Source of the DNA: Pristiophorus japonicus
Lineage: Eukaryota
Assembly: GCF_044704955.1 (NCBI RefSeq)
Contig: NC_091989.1
Location: 196,602,001-196,666,000, forward strand
DNA length: 64,000 bases
Reading direction: 5' to 3'
The translations under genes were made by a program, and so were the position numbers. Under the pieces are notes generated by a model. That model did no database searches, was not told where the DNA came from, and worked only from the letters and a program-made list of their open reading frames with translations. Of this stretch, positions 24,085-36,384 are shown piece by piece. Each line of letters opens with the position of its first letter. Positions within the stretch are counted from its first letter, which is position 1.

Positions 24085-25700
24085 TCAAGGTCTTGGCGAG
24101 CACACACAAGAGATTTATATCAAATATACAGCACAGGAACGCTCATGCATCCGTGGCCAGCAACTGCTGTCAGAAGTAAAGTGAGAGTAGTGTTCACAGT
24201 CTTGAGGTTGTTGAGTCCAGTAGGCTGTAAAGTGCTCAGTAGAAAGATGAGGTGCTGTTCCTTGAGCTTGCGTTGAGCTTCGTTGGAACAGTGTAGGGGA
24301 CTAAGGAGTGAGATGGAGAATTAAAGTGGCATCAGAATCTTAAAGTCATGTTTGAGGACTGAATGGAGTTGTTCAGCCATCACCCAATGTGCTTTTAGTC
24401 TTGTTGATGTAGAGGAGACCATATTGTGAGGAGTGAACATATTGGGGTGGAGGACATACAAATAGATCACTGTCTCACCTAGAAGGAGTGTTTGAGACCC
24501 TGGATGGTGGGAAAGGACATATGTTGCATCACCTGCGCTTGCATGGGAAGATGCCGTGGGAAGGGGAGTGGGGTGATTGGACCAGGGTGTTATGGAGGGA
24601 ATGGTCCCTTCTGAATGCTGAAAGTGGAAGATGTGTTTGGTGGCATCACGCAGGAGATGGTGGAAATGGCAGAGGATGATCTGTTGAACGTGGAAGGTAA
24701 GGACAAGGGGGACCCAATGTGATTCTGGGAGGGAGAAGGGGTGAGGGGAGACGTGCAGGAAATAGGATGAACTTGGCCAAAGGTTCTGCTAACCACAGCG
24801 TCTGGTGAGGGATGGAGGTGTAGAGGGACTGAATGTCCTGGTGTGGGATGGAGGTGTTTGGGGACTAAATGTCCTAGTGTGGGATGGAGGTGTAGAGGGA
24901 CTGAATGTCCTGGTGTGGGATGGAGGTGCAGAGGGACTGAATGTCCTGGTGTGGGATGGAGGTGCAGAGGGACTGAATGTCCTGGTGTGGGATGGAGATG
25001 CAGAGGGACTGAATGTCCTGGTGAGGGATGGAGGTATTGAGGGACTGAATGTCCTGGTGAGGGATGGAGGTATTGAGGGACTGAATGTCCTGGTGAGGGA
25101 TGGAGGTATTGAGGGACTGAATGTCCTGGTGAGGGATGGAGGTATTGAGGGACTGAATGTCCTGGTGAGGGATGGAGGTATTGAGGGACTGAATGTCCTG
25201 GTGAGGGATGGAGGTGCAGAGGGACTGAATGTCCTGGTGTGGGATGGAGGTGCAGAGGGACTGAATGTCCTGGTGTGGGATGGAGGTGTTGGGGGACTGA
25301 ATGTCCTGGTGAGGAATGGAGATGCAGAGGGACTGAATGTCCTGGTGAGGGATGGAGGTATTGAGGGACTGAATGTCCTGGTGAGGGATGGAGGTATTGA
25401 GGGACTTAATGTCCTGGTGAGGGATGGAGATGCAGAGGGACTGAATGTCGTGGTGGGGAGATGATTTGGGTCAGGAAACTGGGAATAGGTAAAGTGGTGG
25501 AGGGTGTCAGATGCGTTGCAGATGTAGATGGGTAGGAACGGAACAACGGGAGGAAAAATGGGGGTGAGATGAGTAAATCGGTTTGGTGGGACAGGAGCTC
25601 GCAGCATTGAGCCCCGTGGACAGTCCTGTTTATGGATCTTGGGAGGAGATAGAAAATGTGAGACATTGTGGGTTTATTTTACAATCTCATCAGTCTTTGA
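24085..25700 (-). mobile_element. Degraded Penelope-like element
   Basis: Minus-strand remnants FYLLP/KIHKQDCP, PIYICNASDTLHHF..SQFPDPN, DIQSLYTSIPHQ (RT) and CSNEAQRKLKEQHLIFLLSTLQPTGLN (end of the GIY-YIG region). Confidence 0.75.
24803..25450. repeat. 36-bp minisatellite inside the Penelope RT
   Basis: About 18 units of GGTGAGGGATGGAGGTATTGAGGGACTGAATGTCCT. Confidence 0.95.
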
Positions 25701-25724
25701 AGACTGACTCGAGGTCTTTAAAAC

Positions 25725-27085
25725 TGATCAGGAAGGCAAATGGTATCTTGGCCTTTATTGCAAAAGGGGTCGAGTATAAGAGCAGGGAAGTCTTGCTACA
25801 GCTATATAAGGTATTGGTGAGGCCATATCTGGAATACTGCATGCAGTTTTGGTTTCCATATTTACAAAAGGATACACTTGCTTTGGAGGCAGTTCAGAGA
25901 AGGTTCACAAGGTTGATTCTGGAGATGAGGGGTTGACTATACAGTATAAATGCACACGAGGCCCATACTTGAGAGAAGGTCACTCTGTGACCAATAACCT
26001 TTATTCACCAACACTGAAGTGATGAAGGTGGGTGGAGCTTCCCCTTTTATACCTGAAAGTCCAGGTTAGGAGTGTCTCCCACAAGTTCACCACCTAGTGG
26101 TCAATGTTCTCACAGTGTACAACTTAGGTCAGTGTATACATGGGTTACAATGACAGTTGAATACATGACAGTGGAGGTCAGTGATGAAGGTGTCTCTGCC
26201 CTTCTTGGGGACCACTACTCGATTCCCCCACAGAAAGCAGTCTGCCTGTATAGACATTTCATCTTTGCGCCGCTGGAACAACTTTATCTCTTCCTGCATT
26301 TCCACTGCATACTGGAAAGGTTGAGTCGGTTGGGCCTCTACTCATTGGAATTTAGAAGAATGAGAGGTGATCTTATCGAAATGTATAAGATTATGGGGGG
26401 TCTTGACAAGGTGGATGCAGAGAGGATGTTTCCACTGATAGGGGAGACTAGAACTAGAGGGCACGATCTTAGAATAAGGGGCTGCCCATTTAAAACTGAG
26501 ATGAGGAGAAATTTCTTCTCTCAAGAGTTGTGGATCTGTGGAATTCGCTGCCTCAGAGCTGCGGAAGCTGGGACATTGAATAAATTTAAGACAGAAATAG
26601 AGTTTCTTAAATGATAAGGGGTTATGGAAAGTGGGCAGGGAAGTGGACCTGAGTCCATGATCAGATCAGCCATGATCATATTAAATGGCGGAGCAGGCTC
26701 GAGGGGCCGTATGGCCTACTCTTGCTCCTATTTCTTATGTTCTTATGATAGAGTGGATACAGAAAGAATGTTTCCACCTGTGGGGAAGAGCATAACTAAA
26801 GGCTATCAATATAAGAAAGTCACCAAGAAATGCAATAGCGAATTCAGAAACTTCTTTACCGAAAGAATGGTGAGAATGTGGAACTCGCTACCACAGGGAG
26901 TGGTTGAAGTGGATAGTATGGATGTATTTAAGAAGAAGCTAGATCAGCATATGAGGGAGGGGAATAGAGGGATATGCTGATAGTTAGATGAGGAAAGACA
27001 GGAGGAGGCTCGCGTGGAGCATAAATGCCAGCATGGACTGGTTGGGTCGAATGGCCTGTTTGTGTGCTGTATATCCGATGTAATC
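25725..27085 (+). mobile_element. CR1 3' fragments with an internal foreign insertion at ~25939-26312
   Basis: KANGILAFIAKGVEYKSREV...; CR1 breaks at GGGTTGACT and resumes at GGAAAGGTTGAGT. Confidence 0.85.
25936..26170 (-). mobile_element. Gypsy-type LTR, truncated at its 3' end
   Basis: Minus strand begins TGTCATGTATTCAAC; TATAAAA (26045-26051) then AATAAA (26000-26005) in LTR order; same 5' end as the 21411 element. Confidence 0.7.
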
Positions 27086-27438
27086 CCAAGTAAATCGGTT
27101 TGGTGAGGCAGGAACTGGCAGCATTGAGCCCCATGGATAGTCATGCTTGTGGATCTTGGGAGGAGATAGAAAGTGTGAGAGATTGTGGGTGTATTTTACA
27201 GTCTCGTCAGTTCCAAACTTCTACCGCTTTGTGTGTAGAGGTGATTCCTAATTCACTCCTGTAAGGACTGGCTCTAATTTTTAGACTCTGCCCCTTAGTC
27301 CTAGAATCCCCAACCAGCAGAAATAGTTTCTCTCTACCTTATCAGTCAGGAATGGTCTGCGCCTCCCTGACCATCGCACATTGATGCTGGATATTCCCTG
27401 GGTCCTGTCTGAGCTGATTTTCTTTGCCATTACAGAAC

Positions 27439-28062
27439 ATGTCCTGTGAGAGACTTTGCATCGCTCTGCGAATCGTAGCGAGCACCTTGTTTGCTGTGTC
27501 GGTGCTGGGGGCCATCACCTGCACCTATGTGAAGGGTTACCAGTTCGGTTACACGGAAAATTACCACCTGTCGTTCGGGCTGTACGGGGCCATCCTTGCC
27601 CTGCACCTCTTCACCCAGAGTATCTTCGCCTTCCTGGAGCACAGGAGGATGAGAAGGGAGAATCGGCCCCTGAAGTGTAACAAGTCGGTCGCTCTTTGCA
27701 TTGCAGCTTTCCAGGAGGACCCCGATTACCTGAAGAAATGTCTGGTGTCGGTGAAGCGGATCGCCTATCCCAACCTCAAGGTGGTGATGGTCATTGATGG
27801 CAACAGCGAGGAGGACCTTTACATGATGGAGATCTTTAATGAGTTGATGGGCATGGAAAGCACCGGCTCCTACATCTGGAAGAACAACTTCCACGACCTG
27901 GGTCCTGGGGAGACGGACTGCAGCTTGGCCGAGGGCAGGAGCCGGGTGGAGGAGATGGTCACTCGCTCCAAGTTCTCCTGCATCATGCAGAAGTGGGGAG
28001 GGAAGCGGGAGGTGATGTTCACTGCGTTCGCCGCACTCGGGGATTCGGTGGATTATATCCAG
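27439..28062 (+). CDS. HAS3: Hyaluronan synthase 3, coding exon 1 (208 codons)
   Basis: Acceptor TTACAG|AACATG; MSCERL...SFGLYGA...QEDPDYL...VIDGN...QKWGGKREVM...DSVDYIQ; donor CAG|GTAAAG. Confidence 0.95.
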
Positions 28063-29308
28063 GTAAAGCTGATGTGCCAGGACTCGGGCACTGTCCCCAC
28101 AACCTCCCTGTAATACCCACAGGCAATGTTCAGGATTCTCTCCACCTCCTGTGGGAACAAGTGGGCATGAGGTGGGCAAAGTCTGACCCGGAAACCATGT
28201 GAAGCGGTGGATCGGATCCCGTGTTTATTACACTGGGAAATCTGCACCGAAATAACTCTGGCTCCAACATTAACCTCAAAACATTCTTGGTCAGGAGGCC
28301 ATTCAATTCTCCCATGGCTGGTCTGTGATCTAACTCCATACATTCGCCTTTATACATATCCCTTAATACCTTTGCTAAACAAAAATCTATCAATCTCAGA
28401 TTTTAAATTAACAATTGATCTACCACCCCTTGTGTGTAGAACTAGATTCCTAATTTCACTCCTGAAAGATCTGGCTCTAATTTTTAGACTCTTCTCTCTA
28501 ATCCTAGAATCCCCAAGCAGCAGAAATAGTTTCTCTCTACCTTATCAGTTCCCCTTGAAAACTTTGATCAGATCACCCCTTAACCTTCTAAATTCTAGGG
28601 AATACCACCCTAGTTTGTGTAATCTCTCCTTGTAATTTAACCCTTGGAGTTCCCAGCCACTCAGCCTTCAACTTTAGCTAACAGTCTCTTATGAAGGACT
28701 TTATCAAATGCCTTCTGGAAGTCTATATACGTAACATCCATAGAGATTCCTCTGTCCACTACTTCAGTCACCTCTTACACAGGATTACATCACATATGAC
28801 ACAGAAACAGGACATTTGGCCCAACCAGTCCATACCGGCGTCAATGCTCCACTCGAGCTCCCCCCCCCCGCACTGTCTTCTCATCTAAATCTATCAGTGT
28901 AACCCTCTATTCCCTTCTCCCTCTGGGATACATCAGCAGTCCTGTAACACTGTGTGTTGTCAGAGCCCTGCTGCTGTTGCTGGGTTAGGAACATTTTATT
29001 ACTGAGGCTGCATCTTTCACTACCCTTAGGGTCTGGGGGGGCAGCGTGCAACACAGAAACAGCCCATTTGGTCCAAACAGTCCATGCCGGCGTTTATGCT
29101 CCACTCAAGCCTCCTCCCATCTTTCCTCATCTAAATCTATTCACATAACCCTCTATTCCCTCATATGCTTGTCTAACCGCCCCTTAAATGCATTGATACT
29201 ATTCACCTCAACCACTCCCTGTGGTAGCAAGTTCCTTATTGGATTTCTTGGTGACTATCTTATATTGATGGCCTCTAGTTATGCTCTTCCCAAGTGGAAA
29301 CACACTCT

Positions 29309-30372
29309 GTCATCATCATCATACACAGTCCCTCGGAATCGAGGAAGACTTGCTTCCACTCCTAAAGTGAGTTCTTTGGTGGCTGAACAGTCCAATACGA
29401 GAGCCACAGACCCTATCGCAGATGGGACAGACATTCGTCGGGGGAAGTGGTGGGTGGGACTGATTTGCCACATGCTCCTTCCGTTGCCTGCGCCTGACCT
29501 CTTCACACTCTCGGCGTTGAGATTCGAAGAGCTCAACGCCCTCCCGAATGCACTTTCTCCACCTAGGGTGGTCTTCGGCCAGGGACTCCAGGTGTCAGTG
29601 GTGATGTCACACTTTACCAGGGAGGCTTTGAGGGTGTCCTTGTAATGTTTCCGCTGCCCACCTTTGGCTCGTTTGCCGTGAAGGAGCTCCACATAGAGCA
29701 ATTGCTTAGGGAGCCTCGTGTCTGGCTTGCGAATTATGTGGCCTGCCCAGCGAAGCTGATCGAATGTGGTCAATGCTGGGAATGTTAGCCTGGACGAGGA
29801 CACTAATGTTTGTGCATCTGTCCTCCCAGGGGATTTGCAGGATCTTGCGGAGACATTGTTGGTGATATATCTCGTGACTTGAGGTGTCTTCTGTACATTG
29901 TCCATGCCTCTGATCCATAAGGAGGGCGGGTATTACTACAGCCCTGTAAACCATGAGCTTAGTGGTATATTTGAGGGCCTGGTCTCCGAACACTCCTTTC
30001 CTCAGGCAGCACTGGAGGCGATGTTGAATCGCCGCATCAATGTCTGATTTGTTGATAAGAGGTTCCCGAGGTATGGGAAGTGGTCCACGTTGTCGATGGC
30101 CGCACCGTGAATCTTGATGACTGGGGGGCAATGCTGTGAGGATAGGCTGGTGGAGGACCTTTGTCTTACAGATGTTAAGCGTAAGGCCCATGCTTTCATA
30201 TGCCTCGGTGAATACATCGACTATATCCTGGAGTTCAGCCTCAGAATGTGCGCAGTCACAGGCATCGTCCGCATACTGTAGTTCAACAACAGAGGTTGGG
30301 GTGATCTTGGATCTGGCCTGGAGGCGGCGTAGGTTAAACAGCTTCCCACTGGTTCTGTAGTTTAGTTCCACT
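29309..30372 (-). mobile_element. RTE-clade LINE, 5'-truncated, inserted into a CR1
   Basis: ELQYADD and PDTRLPKQLLY remnants; (ATG)n tail; imperfect ~30-bp flanking duplication GTTATGCTCTTCCC..AAGTG.AAAC..ACTCT at ~29278 and ~30374. Confidence 0.9.
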
Positions 30373-31950
30373 CGTTATGCTCTTCCCCACAAGTGAAAAC
30401 ACTCTCCCTGTATCCACTCCATCAAAACCTTTCATAATTTTAAAGAGCTCTATTAGGCCATCCCTCAGTCTTATTTTTTTCAAGAGAAAAGAGACCCAAC
30501 CTGTTCATTCTTTCCTGATATGTATACCCTCGCATTTCTAGTATCACCCTTGTAAATTTTCTCTGCACCCTCTCCAATGCCTCAATATCTTTTTTATAAT
30601 ATGGCGACCAGAACTGTTTGCAGTACTCTAAATGTGATCTAACCAAGGTTCGACAAAGGTTTATCATAACTTTCCTACTTTTCAATTCTATACCTCCTAG
30701 AAATAAACTTGTGCTTGATTTGTTTTATTACGGCCTTCCTAATCTGTCGGAACTTTTAGTGATGTGTATTTGTACTCCAAGATCCCTTTGTTCCTCTACC
30801 CCATCTAGACTCTCACCCTCCAAGAAATAAGTGACTTCCTTATTCTTTCGACCAAAATGTAATACCTCACATTTAACTGTGTTGAACTTCATTTGCCAAT
30901 TACTTGCCCATTCTGCAAGTTTATTAATGACCTCCTGTAATTTGTTGCCGTCCTCCTCAGTATTGACTATCCCCCCAATTTGGTGTTGTCCACAAACTTA
31001 GAAATTGTGTTTCTGATTCCAAAGTCTGATATAAAAAATTAAATCATTTTCATCAGGCATGCTAGCTCTCTCTGATCAGCTGAAAATTTTCAAGGTGTTC
31101 AGTGATTCCATCCATTATTATAGACTCTAGTAATTTCCTGTCAACAGATGTTAGCCTAACTGGTCTATAATTCCCTAGTTTCACTCTCTCAACTTTCTTA
31201 GATAGCGGAGTGACATGCGCAATTTTCCAATCGAAGAGGATGGTTCCTGAATCTCGTGAACTTTGGAAGATTATAGTTCGGGCATCTGCAATATGCTCAC
31301 CTACTTCTTTTAAAACCCTGGGATGGAAACCATCCGGCCCTGGGGACTTGTCACTCTTTGGTGCCATTATTTTATTCATTACTGTTATATTGCTTATGTT
31401 AATTTTGGTGAGTCCCCATCCCTGATTCAATATTAGTTTCCTTGGGATGTCCGGCATGCTATCCTCTTCCTCTGCTGTAAATACTGACATTATTCATTAT
31501 TCAACATGTCTGCCACTTCTTTATTTTCATTGACAATATCTCTGTTATCAGTTTTTAAGGAGTCAATATTGCTCGTGACCAACTTTTTTCCTAATATAAT
31601 CGTTAAAAAAAGGTGTTGTTTTTGATTCTCATACTCCCTTTTTGTAGCTCTAGCTGTTTTGTCACCTTTTGTTCTTTGTAGCTTTCACAGTTGCCAGGAT
31701 CTGTGCTATTATTTGCATTTTTCGTTTAGTTTTTTTGAACACCTGCCACTGATCTTCTCTCAATTTACCATGAGCAGATTTGCCAGTTTACTCATCGCAT
31801 GGAAGTCGGCCTTACCTAAATCTAGAATCTTAGTAGCTGTTTCGCGTTTCATTCTTTCAAACACAACATTGATCTCGGCCATAATATGATTGCTATTAAA
31901 TAAATGTTCATGAACTGTTAGGCTGTTAACTAAATCTCATTCAAAGAATC
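30373..31950 (-). mobile_element. Degraded CR1 (continues at 29045-29308)
   Basis: KSPGPDGFHPRVLKE, GNYRPVRLTS and LVRSHLEYCKQFWSP remnants. Confidence 0.85.
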
Positions 31951-32496
31951 TTAACTAGTGCCCCAAGTGTTGTACACCTGAAATGTGTATGTACAGCATG
32001 CAGCGTAAGAGTGTTTGTTTGATGGTGGGATTTATGCAGCAACAGCTGCCAATCCCTCCATATCTATGGGAATTTCTTTGGTGCTGAAAATCGAATCCAC
32101 CCTGAAAATACTGGAATATCAATGTCCGGGCTCCGAACACTCAGCCATTCTCAATGCCAGTGTTATCCAACAGAAATCTCTCCTTCCTGCACTAACTCAG
32201 CAAGTAAAGCAGGGGTGTGGCAGAGCTTGGCTTTATTTGCACAGGAGGCCATTCAGGCCATGGCAGGAGCTGTGCGCAGTTATATGGGGACAGGCTGGTG
32301 GAAGTGGTGTTGCTGCACCATCTGCTGGTGGGATGTGGAATTACAGAACAACAGATACCAAATCCACTCCCTGGAACATAATGTGCCCATAATAAAACAG
32401 ACAAAAATAAACAGCAGACAGGAGTCATTTAAATTTAAGGAAAGGTTATGAAAGTTCCGCATGTTTCCTTTGAAAGACTTGAGTTTATACTGTGTC

Positions 32497-33030
32497 CATC
32501 ATTATAGGCAGTCCCTCGAATCGAGGATGACTTGCTTCCACGTCAAAAAGTTCACAGGTGTTTCAATGATGGACCTAAAATTCCAGGTCCGAACTAAATC
32601 TTGAAGGGTGGAAGATGCCTGTGGGTGGATTTTTTTAACGTGGGGTGACCGTTGCACACCAGCTACCAGAGCTAGGTCTTGGTCCATGGCAAGGATTAAC
32701 CAAAACGATTGGAGACCAGCTCTGCTGCACGGACCTAGTGCGCACACATATGTGGACTGGTCCGTGCTGCCCCTGGGCCCTCGCCTCTCCTGGGCCCCAA
32801 TCACGTCCCTCTACAATCTCTCGCCGCTCCTTCGCCCTGACCTTGCCGCTCCTGCTGTACCTGCCCGCGCTCCAATCATCGACCTGGACCTTGCTGACGT
32901 CCCTTTTCACTGCCGTTGCTCTCCTGCTCCAGCGCGTGCTGCTCCCTGGAGTGGTATGTTGCCACGCTGCTCCTTCTGCTCCCCGGCCTGCTCCGATGGT
33001 GCTCACAGGCCGAGGGCCGAGCATACCACC
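32497..33030 (-). mobile_element. Short non-autonomous RTE-tailed retroelement
   Basis: Colinear with 733-1140 and 44800-45265; same RTE tail. Confidence 0.8.
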
Positions 33031-33529
33031 TCACCTCACTAGGTCCAGCACTTCACACAATCAGTTTAAGTGCAGCAAAGTGATCGAAGCACAAACGCTG
33101 CCGACACTGACCAACAGGTTAGACTGAGGAAGAAAAAGGGGAATAAAGAGATAAAGGAGCAGGACATGGGATCAGACACTACTCGTGTGGATGATAAACA
33201 CCAGCACAGACCAGATGGGCCAAATGACCTGTTTCTGTTGTAATTTCTATGAAATTCTGTGTGAAAAACATCAGTTATCCTGTAGCTGTAAGGAGACCCG
33301 ACGATCAGCAAAGACCCTCAACGGAAGACAGGTGGGGTTCAGGCTCGGGGGAACAGGTTATGGTACGGGTTTGGGGGGGGGGGGGAACTAACGGGACAAG
33401 CTTTGGGGCTCTGATCACCACCCATACCGCATCACCATCATGTGTGAACCCAGACTGAGAATGACGCCCGTCTATTCGGGGCATCAGCTGATCCCTGATC
33501 CTGTCCCCACACAACACACACACTTTGCA

Positions 33530-34045
33530 CCAGGGCTCACTGGGCAGTGATCAGGAGCAGGAACTCTGGCTGATTCCCCCTCTCTGTCCAACCCAGGGGT
33601 CACTGGGCAGTGACCAGGAGCAGGAACCCTGGCTGATTTCTCCCCCCCCTCTCTAACCCAGGGATCACTGGGCAGTTATCAGGAGCAGGAACCCGGTCAG
33701 ATTCCCCATCTCTCCAACCCAGGGGTCACTGGACAGTGATCAGGAGCAGGAACCCTGGCTGATTTCCCCTGTCTCTAACTTAGGGGTCACTGGACAGTGA
33801 TTAGGAGCAGGAACCCGGACTGATTTCCCCTCTCTCTCTAACCCAGGGGTCACTGGACAGCGATCAGGAGCAGGAACCCTGGCTGATTTCCCCCTCTCCC
33901 TCTAACCCAGGGGTCACTGGACAGTGACCAGGAGCAGGAACCCTGGCTGATTTCCCCCTCTCCCTCTAACCCAGGGGTCACTGGGCAGTGATCAAGAGCA
34001 CGAACCCAGACTGATTTCCCCCTCTCTCTAACCCAGGGGTCACTG
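33530..34045. repeat. ~60-bp minisatellite in a HAS3 intron
   Basis: About 8 units of CCAGGGGTCACTGGACAGTGATCAGGAGCAGGAACCCTGGCTGATTTCCCCTCTCTCTAAC. Confidence 0.95.
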
Positions 34046-34216
34046 AAGGCAGCCTGGGACTGGACGGTCAGTGTGGCTCAGGTACTGTATTTGTTCAGGT
34101 GCTCGGCACAATGGCCTGTTCAGGTAATGTCGCTCCGTTATAAATGGCCATCACTGTGCGAATCCTGTGCTTATAACCGAGCTGTAAATTACATTCCCTC
34201 TGGTGTTTCTCCGCAG

Positions 34217-34318
34217 GTGTGTGATTCAGACACAGTACTGGACCCGGCCTGCACGGCGGAGATGGTGAGAGTGTTGGACGGAGACCCCAGTGTAGGGGGA
34301 GTGGGCGGGGATGTACAG
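34217..34318 (+). CDS. HAS3: Hyaluronan synthase 3, coding exon 2 (102 nt)
   Basis: CCGCAG|[34 protein letters not shown]|GTTGGT; contains the DSD (DxD) motif; phase 0 at both ends. Confidence 0.96.
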
Positions 34319-35399
34319 GTTGGTGGAGATTCCTGTTAATGTCTCATCTGCGACAGTCTGAGTCGATTACCTCTCTCCGACAGTGAGAAATATACAGAAT
34401 CAAGCCAGAGACAAACTCCCTGAAAGTGGGGCCGTGCCGAGGGTCGGAGGGTGAAATATCCCGGGGGTGGCAGGGATTGGCTGACCCCGGGCCCCCACCC
34501 AGGCATTATTTAGACTGACCGACAGTAAGTGGCGTCGGGCTCTTTGGCTCCACCGTCCGCCTCCTGTAGTCGATCGGTTTGGTCGCACTTTCCAGCCAGG
34601 GTGGGAGAGGGCGGGGGGGGGGGGGGGGGGGGGGAATTTCCCGGTCACTGAGGAGTAGAACATGAATCAGTGGACAGACCCACCCTCGGATCTGGAGGGC
34701 TACTTCCCCTGGGCACCTGCAACCTCCTGCTCTGGACACTGATTTCAGCTACTTGACTTTCACTGTATCCTCATTTTCAAGCCTGACTCCAAGTTTTCTG
34801 TCTCTCAGTCCCCCCACCTCCTTCCCCCGGGCTCCCTCAGTTCCCGGGTTACCCTCGCTTCCCCCCCCCCCCACCCCTCTACTTCATTGAATATATTTAA
34901 GGCGGAGATAAGGGAGTAAAGGGTTATGGGGAGCAGGCAGGAAGTGGAGCTGAGTCCACGATCAGATCTGCCATGATCTTATTAAATGGCGGAGCAGGCT
35001 CCAGGGTCCAAATGGCCTGCTCCTGCTCCTATTTCTTATGTTCTTAGGTACTTCTCGGTTCCCCTCCTTCCCCGTGCTCTCTCGGTCTCCGGGTTCCCCT
35101 CAGTTCCTCGCCCCTCTCTGTCCCCCCGGCTTCCTCACCCCGCCTGTCCCCTTCCCCCCCTCAGGCTCCCTCGGTCCCCACTGCTTTGTCTCAGTATCTC
35201 TGTCCATGGCTTGTTAGGTGATTCATCTCTGGGTCAGTCTATTTAAAATACTTTCTCCTCCATTTCTCTGATTGTATTAGAAAGCCTGCTGGGAGACGGG
35301 TCTGAGCGAGATCTGGCTGCTCTCTCCAGAGCCCAGTGTCTTCAGTATTTTCTGTGCTTTGAAAAATATATTTAATCCCCGTTTCTCTCCCATTTCTCC

Positions 35400-36350
35400 C
35401 CAGTCCTCTCGCCACCTCACCCCATTGCTAACCTCCCGTTCTGAGATATCAGCTGGTCTCTAGCTCAGTGGGAATGCCATTGCCTGGGTCCACTCTTACC
35501 CATCCGATCATAGCCCGAGCATCTGCTGCAATGGTTTCTCTTCACGCTCCCAAACCGTTACCTATGGAGTCCCTCTAGTTCTATTCTTGGCCCCTCTTCG
35601 CAGATATATCACATGTATGCTGGCGGAACCCCCAGCACTACCTCTCCCCCAGCTCTCCCTCTCCCCCAGCTCTACCTCTCCACCACCTCTATTCACCAGC
35701 TCTACCTCTTTCCCAGCTCCCTCGACCCTCCGCTGTATCCATTTTGTTGGTCGGCTTGTCTGACATCCAATCCTGGATGAGCTACAATCTCCTCCAGCTA
35801 ATCTCCTCAGTTTGGAAGACCAAAGTCACAAAGTGAAGACCACAAAGTGGAATTCCCTCCTTGTTTACAAATCACTCCATGACCTTGCCTCTCCCTATCT
35901 CTATAATCTTTTTCATGCTTAAAAACACCAAAAGATGTCTGCGCTCCTCAAATTCTGCCCGCTTGAACATCCCTCATTATAACTGCTCAACCATCGGTGC
36001 CGTGCCTTCAGCTGTTTGGGCCCTAAGCTCTGGAACTCCCTCCCTAAACCTCTCCACCTCGCTTTCCTCCTTTAAGACGCTCCTTAAAACCTACCTCATT
36101 AACTAAGCATTTGGTAATCTGCTTTAATTTCATCTTTTGTGGCTCGGTGTCAAATTTATCTGTTTTGTCTTGTAACACTGCTTGAAGCGTCTTGGGACGT
36201 TTTACTACGTTAAAGGCGCTATATAAATAAAAGTTAATATTTTTATTTTATTGGTAAACCTCTCCACCTCCCTCTCCTCTGTTAAGACCATTAAAAACTT
36301 TTTGACCTAGTTACCCTCCTAATATCTCCTCCATTGGCTCGATGTTTATT
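35400..36350 (+). mobile_element. Degraded L2-type LINE fragments
   Basis: LSDIQSWMS-like remnant, SLSSFKTLLKTYL, and tail TAAAGGCGCTATATAAAT. Confidence 0.65.
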
Positions 36351-36384
36351 TTTTAAATGATTCAAGGTTAAAGGTGCTGAATCA

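Noticed and set aside
24789-25607. 272-aa and 219-aa repeat-protein ORFs
   Set aside because: A 36-bp unit keeps frames open by chance; the sequence is a decayed Penelope element.
27424-27438. Upstream start of the HAS3 ORF as given in the track (likewise 39043, 54943, 56644, 57084)
   Set aside because: These extensions lie in introns or promoter sequence upstream of clear splice acceptors or true ATGs.
27430-28179. 249-aa antisense ORF over HAS3 exon 1 (and similar ORFs over the last exon)
   Set aside because: Expected shadow of GC3-rich codon usage on the opposite strand.
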